From NCBI GenBank assembly GCA_951406725.2, contig OX597822.1, positions 108,438,001-108,502,000 of the forward strand: a stretch of 64,000 nt of DNA, in the 5' to 3' direction. The notes below the pieces were generated by a model that worked only from the letters and a program-made list of their open reading frames with translations, had not been told where the DNA came from and made no database searches. Positions 28,458 through 41,382 of the stretch are shown piece after piece (position 1 is the first letter of the stretch; every line of letters starts with the position of its first letter). Origin of the DNA: Octopus vulgaris (Eukaryota). The translations under genes were made by a program, and so were the position numbers.

Positions 28458-28666
28458 GCACATATGTACATATGTATGTATACATACATATATATATATA
28501 TATATGTATATATATGCATGTATATATATATATTTATATATATATGTGTGTGTGTGTGTGTGTGAGTGTATGTATGTCCGTATATGCGTGTATATATGTT
28601 ATATAAAATGAGACAACAAATCGAAGGCAGTGTGAAATTTCTAGGACATTTATAAAGAGAAAGGTA

Positions 28667-28714
28667 GTCTTACAGCTGTTTCAGGGATAATAGGGATATC
28701 CCTTCATCAGAGGC
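28667..28714 (-). ncRNA. Minimal type I hammerhead ribozyme, intact core
   Basis: Minus strand: gcct CTGATGA agggata-tccctat-tatccct GAAAC AGCT GTA agac. 7-bp perfect stem II, palindromic ACAGCTGT stem III, one mismatch in stem I. Confidence 0.8.
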
Positions 28715-28823
28715 GATGCCAGAGAGTTAAATAGAGGAAAATAGTAGAGTTCAATATAAGTTAGTTTCGAAACTGAGAGATATGTAAGTGTAGCGGGAAA
28801 TTAGAAAATAAAAATAAAGATAT

Positions 28824-29027
28824 TTGTTGGATGTTATATTTTCAGTTCCATTTTCCAAGGAAAGTACTGTGTAGAATGGGTAGAAACGCTTCTTGTCCAT
28901 TATATGTAAATTCTGATAGGAATTAATATCTTCTTAGTAAAGATAGATATTATGGAGATTCCATGTATGTGGGCTTAAATATTAGTGCATATACAGATGT
29001 GTATGTGTTTGTGTGCGCTTGTGCGTA

Positions 29028-29062
<35 letters not shown>

Positions 29063-29375
29063 TTAACTTTCTCGCACTGATACATCAGCCCCCACTATCA
29101 CGTTATCTAGTACAATAAATGCTTGCTACTATTTTTAGAAACATGACTATTATATCTTATTATTATTCGTTTTGAGGTATACTACTCACTTTTAGAATAC
29201 CCCTATAATTTTTTTTTTACCTATCTCTCCACCTTATTGATTTTCATGCATATCACCCCACTTCTGTAATAATAAAATATCAACTTCTATCGAATTTACA
29301 TACCATGGACAAGAAACATTTCGAGCCATTCTACACAGCACTTCCCTTAGGTAAAGGAACTACAACTGTAACATC

Positions 29376-29380
<5 letters not shown>
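28824..29380. repeat. Diverged inverted repeat, about 105 bp (28824-28930 vs 29277-29380)
   Basis: tgttggatgtta...tgtgtagaatgg...ttcttgtccat is mirrored by atggacaagaa...ccattctacaca...taacatccaaca. Confidence 0.7.
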
Positions 29381-29447
<67 letters not shown>

Positions 29448-29450
<3 letters not shown>

Positions 29451-29645
29451 TTTAGCAAAATTTAGATTCAGATGAATATGGTACTTAAGTTAAAGTTACC
29501 AGAATTTTGTATGGTATTATCCATATAAATCGAATGGGGTGATTATAATTTAAAACTGATGTGATACTTGCAGAGTTTAATAAAAGGAAGTAGCATGAAA
29601 CGATTGTACTACTCTACATTGGATATCCTTGTTGCTTATTTGGAT
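29448..29645. mobile_element. TA-flanked mini-element with internal inversion
   Basis: 29463-29549 is direct and 29550-29642 inverted relative to 12101-12280; (TA)n on both sides. Confidence 0.75.
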
Positions 29646-29655
29646 ATATATATAT

Positions 29656-29748
<93 letters not shown>

Positions 29749-30957
29749 CATACATACATGTATACATACGCATATATAAACATGTGTGATGCATGTGTTC
29801 GTGTTTATATTTTAATTCATGCATAGTTACATACACGTATATATAAATACGGAGTGAGAGAGGGGGGAAGAAGAGGGGAAAGAAGGGAAGAATATGGTAT
29901 AGAGAGAAAGCGTGAGACATTGAGAAAGACAGAGAGATACAGATATACCTTCTTAATTTTAAATAGAAATATCCTACTTGTTTCGTGAATAACATTTCCA
30001 CCGTATTAATCAAAATATTAAATTCACAAAAGTTTAATTATCAAACAATTTAAGCTATTATTCATTTCAATTAGAGCAATTGTTTAAATTAATGTGAAAA
30101 CGTTTAATTTAAAACAAAATATATAATCAATACAATGCAGCATCGTTAACAAACTTAATTTGCTTCACAGAATTATGCAGTAGAATAAAAATTTCGTTTC
30201 GAATATTGTTTATATTAAGTATATTTTTTCTGCTAAATAAGCTCCTCCGTTCGTACAATGTCGTTGCTTCATTTCATTATTATGAGTGGCATTCATTACA
30301 TTAATGTTTTATGCAATTATGTTCAAAATGATCAGCAATTGGTATCGTTTTTGAAGTAATCTCTAATGATTTCCGCCTCTATACTTAAGTATTATCTTAA
30401 AAGCGATGTATACACCACTACAAGTTAAATATTTCTGCAGTTCTTATTCTTCTCATTATTTCATTATATTTAGACGCATTTCTTTCCTGAATCAAATCTA
30501 AAGATAGTAGATACAATTTATTAAAGTGTTTGAAGCTGTACATCACCGGCATTACCATATTCAAAGTACAACAAACGTCAATCAACTATGTCGGCTTAAC
30601 AGAAATAACTACTAGAGTGCGGTTATATATACTTTATCGGATTAATAAAGAATATTTCCTTTGCAGCCTCTTATCACATAATGTTTTTTCTAAGTTACAC
30701 TTTTGCCGATAATTCTACAGAATTATCTACACACTTAGTCGGAAATACCTACAATCACTGCGCAAACGTCTTGTTCTGCACCTTTCTCTCAACCACAGAT
30801 ATCGCCAAGTAATATAGGAAAAAAAAAACCACTTACAATCTGAATACTTTTCCAATACAGCAAATCCCTGACTCATCCTTCCAGACCTTTACGACCGTTA
30901 TTTCATTATTAATATACGTGCAATCATTCTTTCTCTACAAGTTTATATATCACTCAA

Positions 30958-31375
30958 AACGGTGGCGAGCTGGCAGAAACGTTAACACGCCGGGCGAAAT
31001 GCGTAGCCATATTTCGTCTGCCGTTACGTTCTGAGTTCAAATTCCGCCGAGGTCGAATTTGCCTTTCATCATTTCGGGGTCGATAAATCAAGTACCTGTT
31101 GCGCACTGGGATCGATGTAATCAACTTAATCCATTTGTCTGTCCTCGTTTGTCCCCTCTGTGTTTAGCCCCTTGTGGGTAATAAAGAAATATATTTCGTC
31201 TGCCGTTACGTTCTGAGTTCAAATTCCGCCGAGGTCGACTTTGCCTTTCATCCTTTCGGGGTCGATAAATAAAGTACCAGTTGCGCACTGGGGTCGATGT
31301 AATCAACTTAATCCATTTGTCTGTCCTCGTTTGTCCCCTCTGTGTTTAGCCGATTGTGGGTAGTAAAGAAATATA
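30958..31375 (+). mobile_element. Family A SINE head-to-tail dimer with 14-bp TSD
   Basis: Full copy 30961-31190 plus headless copy 31191-31372; tatatatcactcaa at 30944-30957 and 31376-31389. Confidence 0.9.
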
Positions 31376-31713
31376 TATATATCACTCAATGTAAATACGG
31401 GCCGCTGGTTCTCATTTACTATGATTCAACATTCCTAATTCAACAATTATATTCCCTGTCACCCTCCCTTCTTCTACATCAGAATCGTTTACGTGTGTTA
31501 TTAGTATCGGAGTCCATTTAACTTCTTCCTATAGGTGGTTTTCCCAACAGTTATATCTTGGCTCACATACTTCCTGTCAGCCTTTTACCATTTTAGTCTG
31601 CTTTAAAATTAAGGATGGCTTCTTAACTTGTTTGTATGATTCGATGTGCCATAAATAAAAACAACAACAAAAATAACGCTAACGTTGTTTTCCATAAGTC
31701 TTGAATCAATTAT

Positions 31714-32100
31714 GGGATGGAAGCACTCCGTCGGTTACGACGACGAGGGTTCCGGTTGATCCGATCAACGGAACAGCCTGCTCGTGAAATTAACGTGTAA
31801 GTGGCTGAGCACTCCACAGACACGTGCACCCTTAACGTAGTTCTCGGGGATATTCAGCGTGACTCGGAGAGTGACAAGGCCGGCCCTTTGAAATACAGGC
31901 ACAACAGAAACAGGAAGTAAGAGAGAGAGAAAGTTGTGGTGAAAGAGTACAGCAGGGATCACCACCATCCCTGCCGGAGCCTCGTGGAGCTTTAGGTGTT
32001 TTCGCTCAATAAACACTCACAACGCCCGGTCTGGGAATCGAAACCGCGATCCTACGACGGCGAGTCCGCTGCCCTAACCACTGGGCCATTGCGCCTCCAC
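31714..32100 (-). mobile_element. tRNA-derived SINE (family C) with 11-bp TSD
   Basis: Minus head tggcccagtggttagggcagcgg...ggtttcgattcc (A/B boxes); gaatcaattat at 31703-31713 and 32101-32111. Confidence 0.9.
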
Positions 32101-32445
32101 GAATCAATTATACAACAAATTTCACTAATATCTACAAAATTCTCAAGTCTGTATATTATCGTGTGCTCACTTTGTGTTACTTACATTCCAAGATTAGTAA
32201 CACCTTCTCTCAAACGAATTAGAGCATCAATATACGTGGTTCTGCGATATACAATTTCAACAGCAATTGCATTCATAGAAGACAAGATATTTCTATATTG
32301 ATGTAACAACTAAATCTACTCAAAATATTTATTAAGGTTCAATGATTAACCATATTTAGGAACATAGTTTTCCTTGTAGCATCTCAATCTTTCGAGATAT
32401 CACATCAGACACACTAAATGTAAACAGTTAGACACACACATTTAA

Positions 32446-32767
32446 AGACTCCGCCGGTTACGACGACGAGGGTCCCAGCTGATACGATCAACGGAACAGC
32501 TTGCTCGTGAAATTAACGTGCAAATGGCTGAGCATTCTACAGACACGTGTACCCTTAACGTAGTTCTCGGGGATAATCAGCGTGACACAGAGAGTGACAA
32601 AGCTGACCCTTTGAAATACAAGTACAACTCATTTTTGCCAGCTGAGTGGACTGGAGCAACGTGAAATAAAGTGTCTTGCTCAAGGACACAACGCGTCGCC
32701 GGGAATCGAACTCATAACCTTACGATCATGAGCCGAATGCCCTAACCACTAAGCCACGCGCCCTCAC
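32446..32767 (-). mobile_element. tRNA-derived SINE (family D), 3' half shared with family C
   Basis: Head tggcttagtggttagggc...gagttcgattcc; body gtccttgagcaagacac; 32448-32625 matches 31724-31900. Confidence 0.85.
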
Positions 32768-33276
32768 AGACACACACATAGACACACATACACACGCAGA
32801 GATACACGCACACACACACAAACACACGCGCGCACTCACGCACACACACACAAATACGCACACACACGCACACTCACACACACACGCACAGGCACACGAA
32901 CTACACGCACACACACACTCAAACACATGCTCGCACACATACACATGGTCTAGTTTCATATTCAAGAAAAAGAATACTTAACCTTTGATAAAATTGATTT
33001 ATTTCACTCGCATTATTTGCACTAAATTATTTTTCTACATCGTATTTAATAGCACTTCTAACTGTATTCCTTTACAACGATGCAACTGATACGAATGGGA
33101 TATTTTTTGAACTGTTAACGACAACCTATTGTTAGTTCTATTTCTAATAACTCATCTGAAAATGTACATTATACTATTGTTTGTCTTAATTCTGCTATGA
33201 TATATAACCATATTCTACCTTGCATGAACTTATAACTGTCTGTAATTTTATGTTGCAAACTTTCTGATTTTATTTT

Positions 33277-33436
33277 GAGTGGCTGTGTGGTAAGTAGCTT
33301 GCCTACCAGCCACATGGTTCAGAGTTCAGTGCAACTGCGTGGAACATTGGGTAAATGTCTTCTATTATAGCCTTGGGGCTACCAAAGCCTTGAGAGTAGA
33401 TTTGGTAGAGGGAATCTGAAAGAAACCCGTTGTATA

Positions 33437-33479
<43 letters not shown>

Positions 33480-33695
33480 CGGGAAGCTTTATGAAAATAA
33501 ACAAAAGACGAAGGCAGGTGGAGTACAAACAAACAATTGTATTAGTATGGCGCTCAGGAATATAAATAAAACAAGTCTTTTACGTTTCGAGCCAACAGAA
33601 AGATACACAGAAAAGAAACACGGACAGAAACAAGGAGAGAAAAAAATGCATGCAGAAGCTAGCGAATCAACATGGCGATCCTCTCTCTCTCTCTC

Positions 33696-33742
<47 letters not shown>

Positions 33743-33975
33743 GCATGTGTCTGTTCGAGTGTGTATGTGTGTTTGTGTGTCTGTGTTTGTCCCCCTAGCA
33801 TTACTTGACAACCGATGCTGGTGTGTTCATGTCCCTGTCACTTAGCGGTTCGGCAAATGGGTCTGATAGAATAAGTACTAGGCTTACAAAGAATAAGTCC
33901 CCGGGTCGATTTGATCGACTAAAGGCGGTGCTCCAGCATGGCCTCAGTCAAATAACGGAGTAAATGAGTAAATAG
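33277..33975 (+). mobile_element. Full family B SINE, interrupted in its TA run by a PLE-like mini-element
   Basis: Head gagtggctgtgtggtaag...gagttcag; tail aggcggtgctccagcatggcc; insert at 33478-33680. Confidence 0.85.
33478..33680 (-). mobile_element. PLE pLTR-like mini-element (hammerhead 3' half only)
   Basis: Minus strand ggctc GAAAC GTA aaag; similar to 39700-39890; terminal cgggaagctttatgaaaata repeated at 62939. Confidence 0.65.
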
Positions 33976-34634
33976 ATTAAAAAGAGTTTTAAAATGATGT
34001 GCATGTCGATATTAGTACTCATGTTCGTAGCTTTTTCAAAAAAGTGACGTCTGAACTCTTTGCTAAATAGATGTTCGCGTAAGGAATGATAATACTTTCT
34101 GTTTGTTTTAACTAGTGAATTCTGACATATGATATACTGTAGTGGTCAGTTCAAATGTACATATGTTAAATTTATTTCTCCATTGTCTGTATTAAAAACC
34201 AGAGCCTGATTTTTCTCGCGACTTAGTGTGGCTTGGTATCATTTAAAATGCAGCATATCCTCATTAAGACAGTTTGAAGGAGAGAAAGTTACACTGTTAC
34301 AAGGATGGTACTCATTTACCGCTGAGTTGCCTGGAGCAAGATGAAACGAAGTACTGTGCAGCAGGACGCAACACACCGCAATATCCAAGAACAAGTATGA
34401 TTATCTGATTAACATGTGTATGCTAACCATAGAGCAAGAATAATTTCTGATCCCAAGATATTTTGTGACACTAAATCCACAAAACATAGAGTCTAATATT
34501 TGTAATGTAGTGTGAGAAAGTGTCAATGATATGATATTATCCAGGTGATTAGTGTTTTTGAAAACGTAAATAGAAAAATTAGCGGAAATATCAGTCAATT
34601 GATATATACGAAAGAATTAGTAAGTCGGAAGAAG

Positions 34635-34675
34635 CAATGGACATGTTTCGCTCTTATTAGATCTCATCCACGTAA
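34635..34675 (-). ncRNA. Degenerate hammerhead-like motif
   Basis: Minus strand: TGGATGA gatc-taataa-gagc GAAAC AT GTC cattg; core and stem I eroded. Confidence 0.35.
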
Positions 34676-36454
34676 TACATTAATCTATGTTATATATTTT
34701 CGACACAACATCGACTGATTTTACCAAAGCCAAACGGCTTTGAGTGGAAGGTATTTTCAAAAACACTCTGATTTTATTAGTATTTATTGCTATACTGGTG
34801 GCAATAATCATCATACATTATTCTAGGGATGGCGATATTATGTTTGTTAATGTTTCTGATTATATGAGTGATAGTAACATGGTTAAAACGACGAAAACAT
34901 TCGAGTCATTCCGTAGACCTTGAATAATGGCGTCAATGTGTATCTAACGGCAATGAAAGACGAGGTTGTTTAAAAATAGAGATGTTTTCTCTGAATTAAG
35001 AAATACATAACAAAACATAATCACTGACTTAGATAAAATATACTGCGCTGGAAACATTCGCTTCCCATTTATATCGAATCATTGTACGAATAAGAAACAA
35101 ACATTGCAGATTATTTCAACTGATCTTAATGCCGATGCCATTAAACAAGATAGAATCTGTCTGTTTATACTTTCATGTTGTGTCAAATAAATAGCTTTCT
35201 TTTAAAAATCTGCCCAACATAATAGGATTCTTAATCCAATTGCTTGTTCCGCTATCGAAGTTCTTTATACCAGCTCATTTCTATAGTAAAAGCCTCATTT
35301 CATTGATGCACTCTATTTCAGTCTAACGCCACATTTCTGTCAACATTGCATTCGTATTGAATATTACAAAGATTTTTATTCATGTTCTGTCTAATACATT
35401 AGAAGTGAGTTACTTATAAAAAAAAAAGAAAAAAATAAGCGAGAATTCATTCAGTTATTAATCGCGGAAAAAGGAAGAAAAGGAAGGAAGAAAATGAAGG
35501 AAAATGATAAAAGCATAATGTTAGGGAAAGAAAACGAAGAAAGGAAACAAAAAGATTTGTATAGAAATTGTTCGACTTTCAACGATCAATAACAACATTT
35601 TATTTCAGTTTTAGTGAGAGAAGTTTCCAGTTGTAATATCGCAATATGTCCTTCACCCATTCATTCCTTTATTCCGTATGATTTTAAAAAATACTTTATT
35701 ATTATTTGATAAATATAATTCCCCAAAAGGCTCCCTGGTAATTACACTAAAACACTTTATAGCTAACTCTTTTCCATTCACTGTTTTCTACAAAATGAGC
35801 AAATAAGAGGTTATCATTTGAAAACACGTGTCAATTTAATTCATTAGCTGCAGATAAAATCTACCCCCCCCACCTGCCGCTGTTGTTGTAGTTCCTCCCT
35901 CTACTCCTCAACTGCTGCCTCACATCTGCTGCTGCTGCTGTTTCTTTTTATTTCTTCATAGGTTTTGTCAGCTTTTGATGCTGAATATATATATATGATA
36001 CGCCTCTTTTCCTTTCACATTCCAAGTTCGTTATATTTTTATCTCATCTTACGTTGTGTATTCATTTCGTCCTTGAACGATATGTTCGAGGTTTCCTTTT
36101 TATCTACATATTGATATATCATACAGCGACTGTAAAATGTGTGTACAGCATCCTCTTGCCCAGGCTATTCATGTCAGAAACGAGTGAGTGAAAACCAAAT
36201 ATAAATGATATAAAATGGTTCTCTGCGAGGTATGAATTTGTGACATGTGATGTATTTTTTATATATGGACGAACGACTGCGTTTGTGTTTGTGTCTGTTT
36301 ATGTGTGTCATTTCATACTACCCCGTGTGTATGAGTGTTTGCATGCGCGTAATTATATTAAATCTCTGCGTATATATATATGTGTGTGAGTCTGTGTGTG
36401 TGTGTGTGTTTGTGCATGTATATATATATATATACACATGCACAGACACACACA

Positions 36455-36489
<35 letters not shown>

Positions 36490-36491
<2 letters not shown>

Positions 36492-37111
36492 TTTCAAGGC
36501 TGTCATAACCGGAAGTGGTAGCGGGGATAAGCTCCCACTGCCTACAAAGTGCTCCACGGCGTGCGTCTCAAATAGCCGCTGACAGTCAAGTCCAACTCAT
36601 GGCCTTCCCGCAGCGAAACTGTTCCCACTGACAGGAGAAGGGTCAAAGCGAGTCACTGGCGCCTTAAAACCAGTTGCTTCGGGTAGTTGAGACTCGATAG
36701 CCTTGACTGGCAGCCCATCTAGGAGAGGGAAACCTCCACTGACTTACGGCTAGAGCCCCTCCAGGGGGGGGGTAGAGAGTAGACCCCGACAGAAAATCCG
36801 TAGCTGGAGTCCCTAAGGCGGCCTGACACAACACGTCATCACCGGCAACTCCTGCGACGCATCTGGTACCAAGCTGTATCGACCCGTCGTTCCCTTGGAG
36901 TTACCAGCTGCGTGGAGAGGGGGGATCAAACTGCATGGGCAACAGCTGATCCCTCATACAAACCTGCCCAGGCCTTGTGACTCAACAGTGTGGTGGAGAC
37001 CACCACTCGATGATTGGTCTGCACAGCCACGCCAGGAAGTGCAGATGAACCCACCACCTTTTCCGAGCTACACCATCGTCTCTCGAGTCGGACGGATGCC
37101 GACGACAACGA

Positions 37112-37113
<2 letters not shown>
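36490..37113 (+). mobile_element. GC-rich non-autonomous RTE-like element (5' UTR joined to a short 3' end), TA-flanked
   Basis: ggcagcccatctaggagagggaaacctc resembles a recalled RTE 5' UTR motif; ends gagtcggacggatgccgacgacaacgacga; no credible ORF. Confidence 0.55.
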
Positions 37114-37180
<67 letters not shown>

Positions 37181-37569
37181 AATACATAGGTAGGTATTAT
37201 ATGCGTATGTGTGTGTATGTATTAGCATATATAAATCAGTATATATGTGTTTGGGTAAGGCTGTATGTATGTATATATGTATGTGTACATTCGTCCTCTG
37301 CAATTTAATCGTAAATTGCGTGAAAAATAATGAGTATTTTACAACATCATGTATGTTTCTGTTCCTGTGTTGTATGCATTGTTATGAAACGCGGGTTTAA
37401 GTGTTAAGCAGTGCATATGTAGAAAACAATACTAAACACAGCTGATTCTTTATAAGTATTCTCATTCCATTTCGCGGAGAGGAAATTCTGTCAAACCTTT
37501 TTAAATAAAAAGTGTTGAGAATACACCTAGGTTATTTTTAGGTTTCAGTAGAAAATCCCTATTTTGTTG

Positions 37570-38752
37570 GCTCCTAATGGACTCTGCCACAATATAAATG
37601 AACTCTGCCGCAGATAGTCGGTAAGAGCTGTAAATCTGAGTATTTGTTGTTTGATTGTTGCTGTTCGATGATTAAGGAAAAACAATAGAAAAATAGAACG
37701 ATTGTAAATAGTGTGTATAAACGTTCAAATAATGCTGCATGGAAATGGGGCTCATGCAACCATTTAATGTGGTAGTAGAGGGCAAAACTTTGCAATGTTT
37801 TTTGTGTAGCAAAAGAGGACAGAAAAAAGCGGACTGCCCTCGAAGCAAGGAAAAAGAGAGGGAGGAGAGTTCGACGCAGATAGAGGCAACCGTGGAAGTG
37901 TGTGGAGAAGAAGCCGAAACAGTGGATAGAGAGAAAGCATCTGTGGAGATGAAACCGCGGAAAAGAAAAAGTAGACAGGGTTCTCCACCGGAGAAGTTGA
38001 AAAAGAAAAGAAGAGGCGATGGGAAGTAACGGAGAAAAAATAATAAGAAGAAAGGCAGAAGAGGATAGTTTGAAAGTATCTCCTTTGAAAGTCAGGTTGT
38101 AGAGAGATGAAGTAAAAAGGAATGAAGGAGGGAGTGAAAACCAGATGAAGAAGAGTTAGTATTATGTAGAATACCAAAGGTGTACACATACAGAAGCAGG
38201 GATCCTCAAAATGAAGCCAGTAACACGGGTAATATTTACCGAAGGGTTACATCAATGATAGCACTAAAGCAATAATAATAGAACCGAAATGCTATGAGGA
38301 GTTAAAAAAACGGTGCGGCTTGGAAAACTTACAGTTTGAAGTCAAGTTGGAAAAGTTGGAACCAGTAACTGACTGGGATAACGTAATACCGAAAATTAAG
38401 GCCTGTCTTTCAGATAACCCTCAATCAATGGATAGCGAGTAATAAGACTTTTTAGTTGAAAGACAGTGCGTGAGGAATCCGATGTGGACCGCTGGAGAAT
38501 ACACGTATTTGCGACTTGCAACGGTATGTTACATGTTAATTAATTGTTATTTAAATATCCGATAATAATTGATTGTAAACAAGATTAATGGTACTGCATG
38601 TGATGAGGGGGTGCATGCAACCATTCATAATCTCATTATTATATACTCATCTCATTCATATTCGTTCTATGTGTTGTCCCCTCGTAGTGTCCTGTCTGTT
38701 CTTGATTGTTCCCCCCTCTATTTTGGGCCCCTGTGGATATAATTAAAAAAAT
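37570..38752 (+). pseudogene. Decayed, internally deleted Tx1/L1-like LINE (ORF1 zinc knuckle plus 3' tail)
   Basis: VVVEGKTLQCFLCSKRGQKKADCP (CX2CX4HX4C with H lost) followed by a K/E/R-rich stretch; 3' end cccctgtggatataattaaaaaaa. Confidence 0.55.
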
Positions 38753-39699
38753 CTGTGTAAAGACGAGAGTTGCGTATTGTCGGCAATAATTACAAAGTAT
38801 TGAGTATCTTGAGCTGAATAATTTACGAGAATGTTATTTATTATCCCGTTATACCGTACGTCGAACGTGCGATACGACAGTTATATTATTTGGAGTATGT
38901 CACGATGAATCACGTTATTTTGAGTAAGAACAGAATATCGTGTAGACCACTTCTCAAGGTATGTTTTGTATTCATACATGCACCTTCATTTTGAAGATAT
39001 GTAAGAACAAATCAGGTTATTTGTACTTTCCGCTTGAACATTCAAAACCTAAATTACCTCATATGACAATGTTATATAGAGTAGAAAGAGTTAATAGCAT
39101 TATAACATCTTATGCTATTATATATTCATCGTGAAGTTATTTGTGAAAGAGTTAAAGTTCAGTTTTTAAAATTGCATAGATGTCAAAGACTAAGCTGAAA
39201 TTAAAAACAAAAAAAAATCGCTGTTATTGATTTTTGTGATTATTATCCGAGAGGTAATATAGTCGAAAATAACTGGAAGCAGGGGACGAGTATGAAATAT
39301 AATACAGAATGAACTAATAAATATATGTTACTCATATATATATATATTCATATATATATATATTTCGATTTACACTACACACACTCACACACACACACAC
39401 ACACACACAGACACAAACACAAACACACATATATATGTATGTATGTATGTATCTATGTATGTGTGTGTGTTTGTATGTATGAGTGCAATATTGAAGTTTG
39501 TTGAAAACAATAGAAATGAAGGATAATTATTTAGGTGCGAATTGAAAAGTTGGCTTCTATTTCAATCATCAGATGTCTCAGTTGATATATATTTAAATTT
39601 GTGTCTGTCAGTATAACACTACTTAATTTGTCAGCTGTAGCCTGAAATATATTTATGCACACTTTCAGGAATAATAATATACAAATATATATATATATA

Positions 39700-40842
39700 G
39701 TTGAAATCTACTGGAAAAGAAAACACGCTGACAGGTTATAAACAACAAGCAGGTGTATTAGTTTTACGCTCAGGAAGGTGAGGAAATATTTTATGTTTCG
39801 GATCTACGGTCTTCAGCAGAAAGGAACACGAGTAATTAAACAGGGAGAGGATAAAATAAACTTGGGGATTTAGCGGTCAATCATGACGTCTGTTTAGAAA
39901 AAAGGTAGTTGGACACGAGAGGTAGGAAGAAGGGGGGAAAATAAAGTACCGGTGACCCAAAACGAAGGTGCGCGCCCGTATGTGTATGTAAAAGTGCGTA
40001 AGTGTGTGTGGGTGGAGAGGGGATAGAAGGAAAATCAATGTGAGAAGGTGGGTTGAAGTGAAGAGAGCAAGTTGGTGTCAGGGCAAGAGAGGAAAGGATA
40101 GATGGGTAGGGAGGGGAAGGGAGTTGAACCCATATGGGGCAAAGGAGCGAAGAAAGAAAATTAATTCCTGCGTGCGACGGAGGCGGGGTCCCTGTGCTAA
40201 GACAATCCGAACACAGACACGTGCCGTTATGAATGACCGGTAGAGCGTAAATGGCACGAGGCCGTTGTGTCACTCCTGAGTCTGATGTCTCGATGGTGCT
40301 CCGCAAACCAGTCAGCTAACCCGCATCCCGTTTGACCGATGTACAAAGAAGTGCAGATAAAGCTGGAGATGAAGAAAATGCCGTTGCTAGAAGTGAAGTT
40401 TATGATAGTGTTATGATAGTGACGATGATGGTTGCTTGTGGGACTAGTGGTATTGGAGAGTTAGGGGAAAGTGCATCAGCGTAGGCGGGAGCGTAAATTG
40501 TGGGCTCGATTGAAGGAGGTAAAGCATAGGTTGGGTTCGATGTTCGAAGTGGAGGAGTCGTACTGGAGTCGCCTGAAGGCTTTGAGAATGATGCGTTGGA
40601 GGGGAAAGGTGGAGTGGTGGTAGGTGAGGGAAACAGGCGAAGGAAGTGTTGGAAATAGTGCAGGAAAATTCGAGGGCAGGGTGAACAGATTGGACAAAAG
40701 TGAGGAAGCATTCTACTTGTTCGCGGGAGAGTGAGGCCGCATCTATACAGTCATTGAGATAACGACCGTATAGTTTTGGAGTGGGATAGGTGAATCTTGA
40801 AAATATATGGGTTTCAACATAGCCAACAGAGAGGTTCGCGTA
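39700..40842 (-). pseudogene. Decayed Penelope-like element (RT, linker, GIY-YIG, 3' pLTR; Neptune-like)
   Basis: [10 protein letters not shown]...[10 protein letters not shown] (RT), SLTYHH...LQYD...FNRAHNLR (linker), SLYIGQTG..LADWFAEH (GIY-YIG); flanked by TA runs. Confidence 0.85.
39789..39822 (-). ncRNA. Degenerate hammerhead in the PLE pLTR
   Basis: Minus strand: ttt CTGCTGA a gacc-gtag-atcc GAAAC ATA aaa; same strand as the PLE ORF. Confidence 0.5.
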
Positions 40843-40844
40843 TG

Positions 40845-40909
<65 letters not shown>

Positions 40910-41309
40910 ATGTATATATATATGTATATATATATATGTATGTATATGTATATATATATGTATATATATATGTATTTATATGTATATATATATATATGTA
41001 TATACAAATCTATATGTATATATATATGTATGTATATGTATATATATATATGTATATACAAATGTATATGTATATATATATGTATGTATATGTATATATA
41101 TATATGTATATACATATGTATATGTATATATATACGTATATATATATATATATGTATATATATGTATATATCTATATATATATAAGTATATATATATATG
41201 TATGTATATGTATATATATGTATATATGTATATATATATATGTATATATCTATATATATATAGTATATATATATATGTATATATATGTATATATATGTAT
41301 ATATATGTA

Positions 41310-41380
<71 letters not shown>

Positions 41381-41382
<2 letters not shown>

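Noticed and set aside
36127-36190. Possible AG...GTGAGT exon; also a donor-like AAG/GTATGT near 38958 and an acceptor-like site near 15329
   Set aside because: Splice-like motifs alone, with no recognisable protein, cannot support a gene call.
39540-39580. CTGATGA plus hairpin on the minus strand
   Set aside because: No GAAA or NUH follows the hairpin.
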